DNA of 64,000 nucleotides from an uncultured Candidatus Rokubacteria bacterium (GTDB lineage: Bacteria > Methylomirabilota > Methylomirabilia > Rokubacteriales > DASRDR01). The notes under the pieces were generated by a model, which had not been told where the DNA came from, ran no database searches, and was given only the letters and a program-made list of their open reading frames with translations. Below, one piece after another: positions 42,311 to 54,061 of the stretch (the first letter of the stretch is position 1; each line of letters begins with the position of its first letter). The stretch lies in NCBI GenBank assembly GCA_963708025.1, contig CAVPSB010000016.1, forward strand, positions 128,001 through 192,000. The letters run 5' to 3'. The position numbers and the translations under genes were made by a program.

Positions 42311-42795
42311 CAGCGGCCTCCGTTCCCGCCGACGGCGGCCAGGAGCCGCGCGCCGCGCTCGCTCGCGAAGTCACCCAGCCAGTCGGCCGTCGGGTGCTCC
42401 TCGTAGAGGATGGCCTGGGTCGGGCACGCCGTCGCGCAGGCCGGGTCCCCGCCGCACAGGTTGCACTTGAACGCCTTCTGGGTCTCCGGGTTGTAGAAGA
42501 TGGTGCCGTAGGGACACGCGATCGTGCAGAGCTTGCAGCCCACGCACTGGTCGTCGAGGACCACCTTCGCCCCGACCGGCGAGATGACGATGGCGCCGAC
42601 CGGGCAGGCGGTCATGCACCAGCCCTCGGCGCACTGGGTGCAGGTGTACGGGGCGTAGCTGGTGTGCCCCTCGTAGGGCGACACCCGGATCACCGACCGG
42701 GCGGGCTGGAAGGTGCCGGTCTGCGTGTACGAGCAGGCGTACTCGCACCGGAGACAGCCGGTACACCGCTCCGGAACGATCTTCAGGACCCTCAT
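42310..42795 (-). CDS. 4Fe-4S multicluster ferredoxin-like subunit (AorA-like)
   Basis: CTGCLRCEYAC, CTQC...CMTACP, CVGCKLCTIACPYG, KCNLC...CATACP. Confidence 0.92.
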   Translation of the reverse strand: MRVLKIVPERCTGCLRCEYACSYTQTGTFQPARSVIRVSPYEGHTSYAPYTCTQCAEGWCMTACPVGAIVISPVGAKVVLDDQCVGCKLCTIACPYGTIFYNPETQKAFKCNLCGGDPACATACPTQAILYEEHPTADWLGDFASERGARLLAAVGGNGGR

Positions 42796-42967
42796 GCGTG
42801 TCCCTCGTGGGTTCGGGGCTCGTCGCGGGGCGCCGGGAGAGCCGGACGCGCGGAACAGGCTCGTGAATCGCGAACCGGCTCTTATGTAAACACAGTCTTC
42901 CCGGTCATTCAACCAAGCGGGCCCCGGGGGCGAACCATTCGTCGGGTGGTTCGCTCACAGGCTCCGA

Positions 42968-43053
42968 AAGCGCGTGAAGGAGTCGGGGCGTCCGGCCCCC
43001 CTCCCCCCGGTGGGTGGGGGAGGGGGGTTGGGGGGGTGGGCGGGAGGTTCGAA
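42968..43053 (+). repeat. Intergenic G/C-tract repeat, copy C
   Basis: AGCGCGTGAAGGAGTCG...CCCCCCGGTGGGTGGGGGAGGGGGG...GGGCGGGAGGTTCGA. Confidence 0.85.
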
Positions 43054-43078
43054 CAGTGGGCGGCAGGTCCCGAACAAG

Positions 43079-45271
43079 TCAGTCGGGCGGGGCCGCGGTC
43101 AGCCCATCGGGAAGGCTTCCGGCGGGCACCTCGAAGACGGGCGCCGGCAACGAGCCGGCGAGCGCCTCGTCGGGGTTCCAGACCGCGGTCCCGTCGCTGA
43201 CGAAGAAGCGCGCCACCTGCTCCTGGGCCGCGCGGGCCAGCCTTCCCGCCAGACCGGGCGCCCCGACCCGCAGGAGGAAGGTGTGGGGCTCGGCTAGCTC
43301 ATCCGGGAGCGTGCCGGCGATCCGGTCGTAGCGGAGGAGCGTCGTCGCGTCGGCGAGCTGGCCGGCCCGGACCAGCGCGCTCGTCGTCGGGTTGGGAACG
43401 ATCCGGTCGCCCCGGGCGAACTGGACGAGGACCGGCTTCGGCTCCTGGCCGGCGAGCGGCGCCGCGCGCAGGTAGCGGGCGTAGGCCACCGGATCGCCGC
43501 GCCGGCCCAGCCACTCGGCCCGGGCCAGGTACTCCTGGATGGCGAGCGCGCCGGGCGTCGGCGCGACCACCGGTGGCTCGGTGCGCAGCGGCAGATCCTC
43601 GTGGAACTCGTCGGCGCCGTTGAGGAGCGGCGGGCTCCGGCGGCCGAGGGCGGCGCGGAGAAGCGGCCGGAACGCCGGCGACAGCCGCGCAATCTCCGGG
43701 ATCGGCCCGCCCGGCACGTTCAGGACGCCGAGCCGGACCCGGGGATCGACGGCGAGCAGGAGCGTGCCGTAGATACCGCCGAGCGACTGGCCGACGTACG
43801 CGAGGGGCGCGCCGCGCGTGTCCACGACGCCGTCCCCGTCCACGTCGAGACCGCCGGCCAGGGCGCGGACGAACGCCATCAGGTCCACCACCTGCTGGCG
43901 GAGGCCGTCCCGCAGCCCGAGCGTCGCCAGCGGGCTCGCCGAGGGCGTGGAGAGGCCTTCGGTCGGCTCGATGGCCCCGTCGCCGTTCAGGTCTTCCCCG
44001 CGACCGGGGATGCGCACCTCCAGCGGGGCGCCGGTCGCCGGGGTAACCACCAGCCGCCCATCGGGCCCGCCGCCGTGGCCCACCACGGTGATGGCCGCCG
44101 TCGCGATGCCGTGTCGCGCCAGCGTGCCGGCGATCAGGAGCGCGCTCCCGAACATCTCCCCGCCATAGCCGTGGCCCATGATCGCCACCGGCCAGCCGCC
44201 GGCGGGCGGGGTCCCCGCCGGCACTACGATCACGAACGGCACCGGCACCGCCCGGGACGGGTCGGGCAGCCGGCGCGCGGTGGCGCGATCCACGATGCGG
44301 TGGTCCACGGTGAGGTACGAGGGCGACCAGAACCAGCCCACCCCGAGCCCGGCGACCTCGGACGGCAGGGCATCCACCGGCAGCGGCGCCTCGCGGAACG
44401 CCTCGGCGGCGTCCTTGTCCACCCGCACCTGGCGGCGGAGGACGAGCCGGCGCAGCGCGGCGCGCGGGAAGTACGCGCGGCCGCCGCCCTCGGGCGCGGT
44501 GATCAGCGCCGGCGCCGGCGGGTGCCGGTCCAGCGCCTCCCGGGCCTGCTCGAGGAAGCCGCTGACGCTGCCGGTCGTGAACGTCGCCGCGACCGCCACG
44601 TCGTCGGGCCGCAGGCCCCGGCGGGCCAGCGTGGTCATCAGCGTCGCGAGCGCCTGGCGATAGGCGCGGGCTGGCAGTGGCCCGTCCTGCCGGCGCAGGA
44701 AGCGCTGGAAGGCGGCCGCCGGCCGGATCGGACGGCCCCCGGCATCCCGGAGCTGCCGCGTCACGACCAGGCCGTAGCGGGTCTCCGGCTCGAGGAGGGC
44801 TTCGGGCCGACCGTAGAGGGTGTGGGTGAGGGGGTCGTAGACCAGGCGCTCCAGCGCGGTCGCCTCCGGGGGGCCGGCGGCGAGCCGCACGAGGAAGATG
44901 CTGCGAGGACTCACGCTCGCCGGGTCGATGGGTCCCGAGAACGGCACGGCCAGGCGCGGGCTCAGGTCGAAGCCGTCCAGCTCGTTGAGGAGGTGGACCT
45001 CGTCACAGGCCGAGGACTCTCCCAGGCAGTTCGGGAGGGGCAGCGCCACGCGGAGCCCGGTCCGCTGGCCGGGATCGGGGACCGTCAGGCGATCCGACGG
45101 GAACGGCCCCGGGCCCGCGGAATCGGCATCGAAGCGGGGCTCGACCATCGGCGCCGGAGGCGCGGCCGCGAGCGAATCCGGGGCACCCGACAGGAAGACG
45201 AGGACTGCGGCGAGCGCGGCGCCCGCCGGCCCAGCGAAGCGCCCGGGGCGGCGCCTGATCACTGCTCTCAC
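43079..45271 (-). CDS. Secreted Ig-like domain + alpha/beta hydrolase (lipase-like)
   Basis: Signal peptide, PFPSD, LNELDGF, WPVAIMGHG, nucleophile elbow YVGQSLGG, DRIVPN, PHTFL. Confidence 0.75.
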   Translation of the reverse strand: MRAVIRRRPGRFAGPAGAALAAVLVFLSGAPDSLAAAPPAPMVEPRFDADSAGPGPFPSDRLTVPDPGQRTGLRVALPLPNCLGESSACDEVHLLNELDGFDLSPRLAVPFSGPIDPASVSPRSIFLVRLAAGPPEATALERLVYDPLTHTLYGRPEALLEPETRYGLVVTRQLRDAGGRPIRPAAAFQRFLRRQDGPLPARAYRQALATLMTTLARRGLRPDDVAVAATFTTGSVSGFLEQAREALDRHPPAPALITAPEGGGRAYFPRAALRRLVLRRQVRVDKDAAEAFREAPLPVDALPSEVAGLGVGWFWSPSYLTVDHRIVDRATARRLPDPSRAVPVPFVIVVPAGTPPAGGWPVAIMGHGYGGEMFGSALLIAGTLARHGIATAAITVVGHGGGPDGRLVVTPATGAPLEVRIPGRGEDLNGDGAIEPTEGLSTPSASPLATLGLRDGLRQQVVDLMAFVRALAGGLDVDGDGVVDTRGAPLAYVGQSLGGIYGTLLLAVDPRVRLGVLNVPGGPIPEIARLSPAFRPLLRAALGRRSPPLLNGADEFHEDLPLRTEPPVVAPTPGALAIQEYLARAEWLGRRGDPVAYARYLRAAPLAGQEPKPVLVQFARGDRIVPNPTTSALVRAGQLADATTLLRYDRIAGTLPDELAEPHTFLLRVGAPGLAGRLARAAQEQVARFFVSDGTAVWNPDEALAGSLPAPVFEVPAGSLPDGLTAAPPD

Positions 45272-45308
45272 GATCGAAACCTCCCGCCTCCCCCCCACAC
45301 CGTGCTCC

Positions 45309-46475
45309 TCACCGTGGCAACTCGACCCGCCGGCCCTCCTCGGCCGAGACGTAGGCGGCATAGATCACCTCCACGGTCTCGCGGGCCAGCAGCGCGCCGG
45401 AGAGCGGCTCACGACCCTCGCGCACCGCGTCCACGAAGTCCGCCATCTCTTGCGGATAGCCGCGCATCCAGTCCTCGTCGGGACTCGGGAACTGCCAGCC
45501 GGCCGTCGTCTCCACCTTCTCCGTGATGTACTCGTCGCCCCAGACCCCCGGCGCCGGCGCGTAGACCTGGAGCGTGGTGTTCGGATTGATGTTCGCCTGG
45601 ACGACGCCGTTCGACAAGTAGGCCGTGAGGAGGTTCTTCACCCCGCCCAGGCTCACGTCGGTGGCTAGGACCGTCGCCCGGGTGCCGTCCTCGAACGTGA
45701 GGATGGCGGCCGACCAGTCCTCCACGTCCTCCCACGAATCGACCAGCCACTTCTTCGCCTCGGCCCGGAACGCCGGCGTCTTCGTGAGCTGGCCGACCTC
45801 GGCGACGACGGACCGGACCCGGATGGGCGCGCCGCCCCGACGCTGGCCTTCCCAGTGCTTGAGGTGGATCACCGCGCCGATGGGGTGGGACCCCATCCGA
45901 AGGAGCGAGCCGCCACCGGCCGTGACCCAGCGCCGGGAGTAGGCGGCGTGGGAGCCGGAGTGGCTCTCCTCGGCCCGGAGGTCGAGCACTGTCCCCCCGC
46001 TCCGCTCGAGGAGCCGCCGGAGCTTCGCCACCGGCGGGGCGTAGACGAAGTTCTCGGCGTAGCCGAGGGTGACCCGGTGCTCCCGGCAGGCATCGAGGAC
46101 GGCGTCGGCGTTGGCGAGTGCCGCCTCCAGCATCGCGCGCCGCGAGAGCGCGGACGCCTCGGCGAAGCAGCCGGTCAGGGGCTTCTCGACCACGACGTGC
46201 TTGCCAGCCCGGGCCGCGTCGATGGCGAGCGCGTGGTGGACGCTCGTCTCGACGGGGAGCGTCACCAGGTGGATGTCGCGTCGCTCGAGGAGCGCCCGGT
46301 GATCGGCGTAGACGTGGGGGATGCCGAAGCTCCGGGCGAAGGCCTCCCCGCGCTCCCGCGAGCGGGAGGAGACCGCCACCAGCTCGCAGGTGGCGCCGCG
46401 CAGCGGGGCCAGGGCGTGGGCGTGGAGGTGGGCCGCGAAGCCCGTCCCGACGAGGCCAATGCCGATGCGGTTTAT
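45309..46475 (-). CDS. Gfo/Idh/MocA oxidoreductase with an apparent ATA start
   Basis: EKPL and GGGSLL motifs. The Rossmann motif (RIGIGLVGTGF) lies upstream of the ORF-track start, right after ATA at 46475. In-frame stop at 46499. Confidence 0.85.
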   Translation of the reverse strand: MNRIGIGLVGTGFAAHLHAHALAPLRGATCELVAVSSRSRERGEAFARSFGIPHVYADHRALLERRDIHLVTLPVETSVHHALAIDAARAGKHVVVEKPLTGCFAEASALSRRAMLEAALANADAVLDACREHRVTLGYAENFVYAPPVAKLRRLLERSGGTVLDLRAEESHSGSHAAYSRRWVTAGGGSLLRMGSHPIGAVIHLKHWEGQRRGGAPIRVRSVVAEVGQLTKTPAFRAEAKKWLVDSWEDVEDWSAAILTFEDGTRATVLATDVSLGGVKNLLTAYLSNGVVQANINPNTTLQVYAPAPGVWGDEYITEKVETTAGWQFPSPDEDWMRGYPQEMADFVDAVREGREPLSGALLARETVEVIYAAYVSAEEGRRVELPR

Positions 46476-46584
46476 CGGAACCTCCCGCCTACCCGATCAT
46501 TCGACGGCCTTCGGCCTTTGGCCCCCCTCCCCCACCCACCGGGGGGAGGGGGGAGTCGGAGGCCACGATTGCTGCACACGCTCT
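46476..46584 (-). repeat. Intergenic G/C-tract repeat, copy D
   Basis: Same left end, core, GGCCGAAGGCCGTC module and GGGAGGTTCCG right end. Confidence 0.85.
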
Positions 46585-46751
46585 GGGAGCCGGCGACGAA
46601 ATCGGCTCACGCTCATCCTACCCGGGCTGGCTTCTCGCAGCGCACCGTTTCCAGGACTGACGGGCTGGCGTTTCACTCCTGGCGCGGGCTTCGCCCGCGC
46701 CTCCGCACGGGGGAGGTCCGGGAGGGGGGCGGAGCCCCCCTCACGTTCCGC

Positions 46752-47516
46752 TCAGCCGGCCAGCGTCCCGCCGTCCACGGCGAGGATGTGGCCGGTGACC
46801 ATGCGCGAGGCGTCGGAGAGGAGGAAGACCAGTGCCCCCACCAGCTCCTCGGGCTGACCCAGCCTCCCGGCCGGCACCCGGCGCATGGCCCGCTCCCGGT
46901 ACTCGGGCTCGCGCTCGATCAGGTTGCCCATTGGGGTGTGGAACCAGGACGGCGCGATCGCGTTCACCTGGACGTCGTGAGGCGCCCACTCGACGGCGAG
47001 CCCCCGGGTAACCATCACCACGCCCCCCTTGCTCGCGCTGTAGGCGATGGTGCCGGGCAGTCCGATGCGCCCGGCGATCGAGGCGATGTTCACGATCTTC
47101 CCCCGCCGGCGCGCCAGCATGCCCCGGCCCACCGCCTGACAGCAGAGGAAGGTGCCGGTCAGGTTGATGGCGAGGATCCGGTGCCAGTCCTCGAGCGGGA
47201 ACTCGGCGGCCGGCGCGCGGCGCGTGATCCCGGCCGCGTTGACAAGCCCGTCGATGGGCCCGAGCGCGCGGGTCACCTCGTCCACCATCCGGGCGACGCC
47301 GGTGGGATCGGTCACGTCGACTCCGACACCGAGGCCCCGGCCCCCGGCCGCCACGATCTCGGCGGCCACCGCGGCCGCTCGCTCGGCGGCCACGTCCGCC
47401 ACCGCCACCGCCGCACCCGCGCTCGCCACTCCGCGGGCCATCGCGCCGCCGAGGCCGCCGCCGCCGCCGGTCACGACCACCACGCGGCCGTCGAGGTCGA
47501 AACCCGAATAAGTTAT
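46752..47516 (-). CDS. SDR oxidoreductase (gluconate 5-dehydrogenase/KduD-like) with an apparent ATA start
   Basis: VVVTGGGGGLG, LVNAAG, YSASK, VNAIAP. GGAGGTTCCCA-ATA at 47516. Confidence 0.88.
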   Translation of the reverse strand: MTYSGFDLDGRVVVVTGGGGGLGGAMARGVASAGAAVAVADVAAERAAAVAAEIVAAGGRGLGVGVDVTDPTGVARMVDEVTRALGPIDGLVNAAGITRRAPAAEFPLEDWHRILAINLTGTFLCCQAVGRGMLARRRGKIVNIASIAGRIGLPGTIAYSASKGGVVMVTRGLAVEWAPHDVQVNAIAPSWFHTPMGNLIEREPEYRERAMRRVPAGRLGQPEELVGALVFLLSDASRMVTGHILAVDGGTLAG

Positions 47517-47607
47517 TGGGAACCTCCCTCCCACCCCCCAACCCCCCTCCCCCACCGTTGGACGGCCTTCGGCCTTTGGCGGGGGGGGGGCGGATGACTC
47601 GATTCCT

Positions 47608-47618
<11 letters not shown>
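47517..47618 (-). repeat. Intergenic G/C-tract repeat, copy E
   Basis: Left end GAGCGCGTGAAGGAATCG overlaps the upstream gene's TGA stop; contains the hairpin module. Confidence 0.8.
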
Positions 47619-50439
<2,821 letters not shown>

Positions 50440-50925
50440 CCGTCCGCTCGGCAGGGTCCGGGCGGAGTCTATGGCCTGGAGCGCGCGGCTGTCAAACTCT
50501 CCGGCTCTACGGCTCGAGCTCGGGAGCTCCCGGCGGCCGACTCGCCGCACGCCACCGCCCTTGTCCCTCCGCCACCGAGCGCGCTACACTCCGGCCACGT
50601 TGACGATGGCGCGAGCCCGTGAGCTGGGCTGCCGAGTCGGGCCGCTGGCCTGGCGGTGGCTCCAGGGAACGCGCGGGAGACACGCTTTGGACCGCTCTCA
50701 CGCGGCGCTACGCGGACCACCCGATGCCCTTTCACCGATGCCACGCTCGTCCATCTCGCTCATCGGGAGCCCCCGACGACGGCATTCAGGGGCGAGCAGT
50801 GGACCGACCACAACGCCAGCCGGATGGTGGACGCCGACGCCATGGACGAAGCAGGTCGCGTCCCGCGACGGCGGCAGGCGCGTCGAGAGCACCGCTCGGG
50901 TGACTCCGGGCCGCATGGATCGGCG

Positions 50926-52632
50926 GTGAAGCGATCGCTGGACGGCGCAGTTTTCCTGGTTGCGATCGCGTTCGCTGTCTGGGCGGCCCACGAGGCGTAC
51001 GTGCGCTTCCATTCCGCCTACTACAATGGCGAAGTCTTTCCGGTGCATGCCACCGAGCGACTCGGGGGAAAGGCCGTCCTGGAATTCGAGTTCACTGCGC
51101 GGCACCGGGCGCTGGCGGGGCTCTGGCTGTTTTTCGATGCAGGCGCGGATGGCCCGCCGGACGCGCGACTGGTGCTCGCCGTGCGCCGTCCGCACGACGA
51201 CCAGCCGTTCTGGTCACAGAGCGTCGAATCCGACAAAGCGCAGAAGCGGCACGGGGCGATCCTCGGTGTACTGAGCGGCCTTTCCTTCGTCCCCGGAGAC
51301 CGTTACGTGATGACGTACGCGATGCCGGAGGTTCCGGCCGGTCGTGGATGGCGGGTCAACTATCTCAGCATCGAAGGCTCGACGTCGGTGGTGCGATGGG
51401 GCAACAAGGAACGCGCGGCGAGCGAACCGCCTGTCTTGTGGCTGGAGACACGTCCTGACTTTCCGCGCTCGCCGCTCGTCGTGGGCCTGATCCTCCTGGC
51501 CATCCTCTCGCTCTTGGCCCGAGAGAAGACGCGGCTGGCGATGTCGGCCTGGTTGATCATGGCGGCCTGTTGCCTTCTGGTCGCCTCGTACGGCTGGCAG
51601 TTCCGCCTGTGGCAGTTCTGGGGTTCGTTCTGGCCGGACGAGTACCCGGCGCTCGGTCACACCGTTGCAAGGTTCCTCCGGGGTCAGATCACGTTTCAGG
51701 GAATGGCCGATATCCTGGCCGAGAATCGTAGTGGCCAGGCGTTCTTCGTGCCGCTGGCGATCGGGATCTTCGAGTCGTGGGGCCTATCGCTGCGCGAGGC
51801 ATACACGGTGGTCAATACGGCGCTGTTCTTCCTCGCCGTTGCCGCACTGTGGCGAATCATGCGCTGCTTTCGCTTGGTGGACGACCGGGCGAAGATCGCG
51901 ATCGGCCTCCTGTTCTTCGGCCATGTCTGTGTCATTCGCGCGATCGGATCGTTGCAGACCGATCTTGGTGGGCTTGCCCTGACCGTGCTATTCGCGTGGA
52001 CGATGGTGCGGGCTCTTGCCGAGGAGGGCACCGGCCGGCGCGTCGGCTGGCTCGCTGCGAGTGGGGTCGCGGGTTTCTTCGCGGCGATTACGCGAGTGGC
52101 ATTGGTGCCGTTGTTGTTGGTGCCGGTCGGCCTGTTCTTCTGGAGCTTGTGGTTTGAACGTGGCCGGGCGTGGAGGGAGCGCGGGATGTACCTGGTTCCC
52201 ACGGCCGTGGGTGGTCTCCTGCTGGCGGGCTGCTGGACGGTCCTGGGTCTGTGGGCGTCCGTGAGAGCCGTACAGGCCTATTCGGCACTGCCGGAGTTTC
52301 GAGCGGGATTTTCGTGGACAGCCTTCGCTGGCGCCTCGCTCTGGGGATTGCAGGTCGGCCTTCCGGCCCTGGTGTACGGGTGGCGGGGCTTGTTCACCGA
52401 CCGCGTGTTCGCGGCTCTGGCCGGCGCGATCTTGGGGCTGGAAGCGCTGCTGGGCTTCGGCCGAATCGTGCCATGGCTGCGCTATTGGGCGCCTCTGGCA
52501 GTTCTCGGTATCGTCCTGTTCATCTGGATCGCAAGGGCGCGCCAGAGATCGGCCTTCGTGTTGTGGTTGGGGTGGGTGACCGCGGGCTTGAATGGGTGGC
52601 TGTTGTGGCACGATCCGTTGTTCGCGTTCTAG
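50926..52632 (+). CDS. Polytopic membrane protein, possibly a GT-C glycosyltransferase
   Basis: Long ORF 50656..52632 with many TM segments, WPDEY and RYWAP. Start uncertain. Confidence 0.55.
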   Translation: MKRSLDGAVFLVAIAFAVWAAHEAYVRFHSAYYNGEVFPVHATERLGGKAVLEFEFTARHRALAGLWLFFDAGADGPPDARLVLAVRRPHDDQPFWSQSVESDKAQKRHGAILGVLSGLSFVPGDRYVMTYAMPEVPAGRGWRVNYLSIEGSTSVVRWGNKERAASEPPVLWLETRPDFPRSPLVVGLILLAILSLLAREKTRLAMSAWLIMAACCLLVASYGWQFRLWQFWGSFWPDEYPALGHTVARFLRGQITFQGMADILAENRSGQAFFVPLAIGIFESWGLSLREAYTVVNTALFFLAVAALWRIMRCFRLVDDRAKIAIGLLFFGHVCVIRAIGSLQTDLGGLALTVLFAWTMVRALAEEGTGRRVGWLAASGVAGFFAAITRVALVPLLLVPVGLFFWSLWFERGRAWRERGMYLVPTAVGGLLLAGCWTVLGLWASVRAVQAYSALPEFRAGFSWTAFAGASLWGLQVGLPALVYGWRGLFTDRVFAALAGAILGLEALLGFGRIVPWLRYWAPLAVLGIVLFIWIARARQRSAFVLWLGWVTAGLNGWLLWHDPLFAF

Positions 52633-53597
52633 GAGTCGCGCCAGGCGCTGGCGCGATCGAGGGTCGCGGTGGCCTCCTCGTCCAGGCGGAGCTCGATGCC
52701 CCCCAGGAGCTCCTGGAGCTGGGCCACCGAGGTCGCGCTGGCGATCGGCGCCGTGATGCCGGGGCGGTGGGCCAGCCACGAGAGCGCGACCTGGGCCGGC
52801 GTCGCGCCGAGCCCGGCCGCCACCTTCTCGACGGCGGCCAGCACCGCGAAGCCGCGGTCGGTCATGTAGGCCTTCTGCACGCCGGCGGCCCGGGCGGTCG
52901 CGGGCAGGCTCGCGTCGCGCCGGTACTTGCCGGAGAGGAAGCCGCTCCCGAGCGAGGAGTACGGGATGACCCCCACGCCCTGCTCGAGGCAGAGCGGCTC
53001 GAGCTCGCGCTCGTACTCGTCGCGGAACACGAGGTTGTACTTCGGCTGGAGCGACTCGTAGCGCACGTAGCCGCGCTTGTCGCTCTCCCACAGGGCGCGC
53101 GTGAGCCGCCACGCGTGGTGGTTCGAGGCGCCGATGTAGCGCACCTTGCCCTGGCGCACCAGGTCGTCGAACGCGCGCAGCGTCTCCTCGAGCGGGGTGT
53201 CGCGATCGTCCCAGTGGGCCTGGTAGAGGTCGATGTAGTCGGTCTCGAGCCGGCGCAGCGAGGCCTCGACCCCCTGCATGATGTGCTGGCGCGAGAGGCC
53301 GGTGTCGTTCGGTCCCGGCCCCATCGGTCCCATCACCTTGGTGGCGATGACCACCGCCTGGCGGTTCCGGCGCGCCTTCAGCCAGGCACCGAGCACCGCC
53401 TCCGACTCGCCGCCCTTGTTGCCGGGCGCCCAGCGGGAGTAGACGTCCGCCGTGTCGATGAAGTTGCCGCCGGCCTCGAGATAGGCGTCGAGGACGGCCT
53501 CCGACGCCTTCTGGTCGGTCGTCCACCCGAACGTGTTGCCCCCGAGACAGAGCGCCGCCACCCGGAGCCCGCTGCGACCCAGCCTGCGCATCAGCAT
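52629..53597 (-). CDS. Aldo/keto reductase
   Basis: LGGNTFG, FIDTADVY, IATK, SLRRLETDYIDLYQAH, GKVRYIGASN. Confidence 0.93.
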   Translation of the reverse strand: MLMRRLGRSGLRVAALCLGGNTFGWTTDQKASEAVLDAYLEAGGNFIDTADVYSRWAPGNKGGESEAVLGAWLKARRNRQAVVIATKVMGPMGPGPNDTGLSRQHIMQGVEASLRRLETDYIDLYQAHWDDRDTPLEETLRAFDDLVRQGKVRYIGASNHHAWRLTRALWESDKRGYVRYESLQPKYNLVFRDEYERELEPLCLEQGVGVIPYSSLGSGFLSGKYRRDASLPATARAAGVQKAYMTDRGFAVLAAVEKVAAGLGATPAQVALSWLAHRPGITAPIASATSVAQLQELLGGIELRLDEEATATLDRASAWRDS

Positions 53598-53722
53598 GAT
53601 GACTCTCCCCTGACGAGGTTTCCTCTGGCGGGTGCCCGCCGAGCGAGCCTACCACGATCCGCTCGGCCAGCGATCGCCGCGTAGACAGGCAGGGCGACGT
53701 CCATGAGTCGGGAACGGACTCA

Positions 53723-53811
53723 AAGCGTGTGAAGGGATCGGGGCCTCCGGCTCCCCCCTCCCCCCGGTGGGTGGGGGAGGGGGGCTGGGGGGGTGGGCGG
53801 GAGGTCCCGAA
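53723..53811 (+). repeat. Intergenic G/C-tract repeat, copy F
   Basis: AGCGTGTGAAGGGATCG...CCCCCCGGTGGGTGGGGGAGGGGGGCTGGGGGGGTGGGCGGGAGGTCCCGA. Confidence 0.85.
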
Positions 53812-54061
53812 GATCTCAGTCAGGCACGTAGGCCGGGCCGCGCACCTCGAACCGGGTGGACTCCACGATCCGTCCCGCCGGGTCAACCAGGGAGAGGGCG
53901 TGCTGCCCGGCGACCGGCGCCCAGAGCACGGCGCCGGTCGCGGCGCCGAGGTCGGTCTCGTCCAGCGTAACTCCTCGCCATCCCCCGTTTTCTTCGGATC
54001 AAGGGGTTGGGGCGTCGTCGCTCGGGCGGGAATCGGGGGTACATTGAGCGTGGAGGTGGCC

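Noticed and set aside
53729-54061. N-terminal extensions such as PPAPPSPRWVGEGGWGG on several ORFs
   Set aside because: They are translations of the intergenic repeat rather than conserved protein sequence; downstream starts fit better.
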